From Cyanophora paradoxa CCMP329 (lineage: Eukaryota; Plantae; Glaucophyta), in contig QPMI01000244.1 in NCBI GenBank assembly GCA_004431415.1, forward strand, positions 17,496 to 81,495: a stretch of 64,000 bases of DNA, written 5' to 3'. Shown one piece after another: positions 63,263 to 64,000 of the stretch. The first letter of the stretch is position 1, and every line of letters starts with the position of its first letter. The notes under the pieces are model-generated. The model was given only the letters and a program-made list of their open reading frames with translations. It ran no database searches and had not been told where the DNA came from. The translations under genes were made by a program, and so were the position numbers.

Positions 63263-64000
63263 TCTGATTCTGCGCCTGCGCCGACACGGCGTGGTGTCGC
63301 CCTCTTGCGCCGCTGCAGCCAAATTCGCGAGGAGGCCGCGATCGTCCAGGAATCGGTAGCACTGCATGCAGAGCCACGAGTTCTTCGGGTACACCGGGGG
63401 CAGCTGCGCGGGCTTCTTGTCTTTGATCGGGGGGTACTTGTTTTTTGGCCTTTGCGCCTTCGCCCACTCGTTTGCCTTGTCGACCTTTTTCGCGTAATCG
63501 GCGTACGCGGCCTCCTTCTTCGCGGTCGCCTCCGCGACGGCCTCCGCGGTGCCCTTTTTGCGGGGTATGCTCGGGATTTCGTACATGAGGCGCAGGCAGC
63601 GGTAGCAGACGGGCGGCGATTTTTGGGCGCTCTGGAAGGCGCGCGGGATGGCCCGCAGGCGCTCCTCGGGCAGCGCGTCGTAGAACTGCTTGCTGTGGAT
63701 GCTCCAGAACGTGGCATCTTTGTAGTAGGCGTCGAGCGCAGTGGTTTCCGGTACCTGCACGCGCGTGATCGGATCCTCGAGAATTTTAACTACATCCGGG
63801 ATGCCCTTCTGCATTTCGATGATCTGCCCGTTTTCGCCTCGACCAGCACGGCCCGCTTTGGAATTTCGACTATGGGCATATCGAGCTCGTTGTATTTCTT
63901 TTCCTTCATCTTCTTCCCCCGCTTCCCCTTTGGCTTCGGCTCATCCTCGGCCTCTTCCTCTTCTACCTCTTCCTCTGATTCCGATTCTGGCTTCTCCTCT
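63152..64000 (-). CDS. Hypothetical viral protein with acidic/basic tract and two CxxC motifs; 5' end outside window; possibly fused to the HUH gene
   Basis: EEKPESESEEEVEEEEAEDEPKPKGKRGKK; PVCYRC and WLCMQC separated by ~75 aa. Confidence 0.55.

Larger units (their letters stand above)
47013..64000. mobile_element. Endogenous dsDNA virus-like island (HUH-encoding; mriyavirus/PLV-like); right end outside window
   Basis: Abrupt change to visibly lower GC and tightly packed genes lacking host-type GC-rich introns, mostly with A-rich AAATG starts; HUH endonuclease, penton-like, fibre/S74, FN3/Gly-rich and HNH genes. Confidence 0.8.

Overview
GC-rich eukaryotic nuclear DNA with many short introns. 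It is probably a glaucophyte such as Cyanophora, inferred from a nuclear, intron-split plastid atpI with an MAF-type transit peptide. Positions 1-34.2 kb hold host genes: an S8 subtilase, a secreted Cys/Pro-rich protein, an S9 peptidase, a TDRD3/RMI1-like protein, a carnosine N-methyltransferase-like protein, a bacterial-type Host_attach/baeRF12 gene, CEP20/FOR20 and atpI, plus a hAT-type MITE with an 8-bp TSD. Positions 34.3-46.9 kb are three head-to-tail non-autonomous Helentron/Helitron2-like elements separated by (TA)n. Each has asymmetric TIRs, a 3' GTGA hairpin and a CTTG end, and one carries a nested short-LTR gag-only element. From 47.0 kb to the window end, after (TA)36, is a compact, apparently intron-poor, frameshift-rich virus-like island. 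It encodes an HUH (rolling-circle) endonuclease, a penton-like protein, phage-style fibre proteins (S74 chaperone, HxH repeats, FN3 plus Gly-rich), a degenerate HNH protein and a paralog pair. It also carries three (GGGACTT)n modules; two face each other around an array with an invariant GA every 12 nt. No major capsid protein, packaging ATPase or polymerase was recognised inside the window. All family calls come from motif recognition by eye, not database searches, and exon boundaries are approximate.
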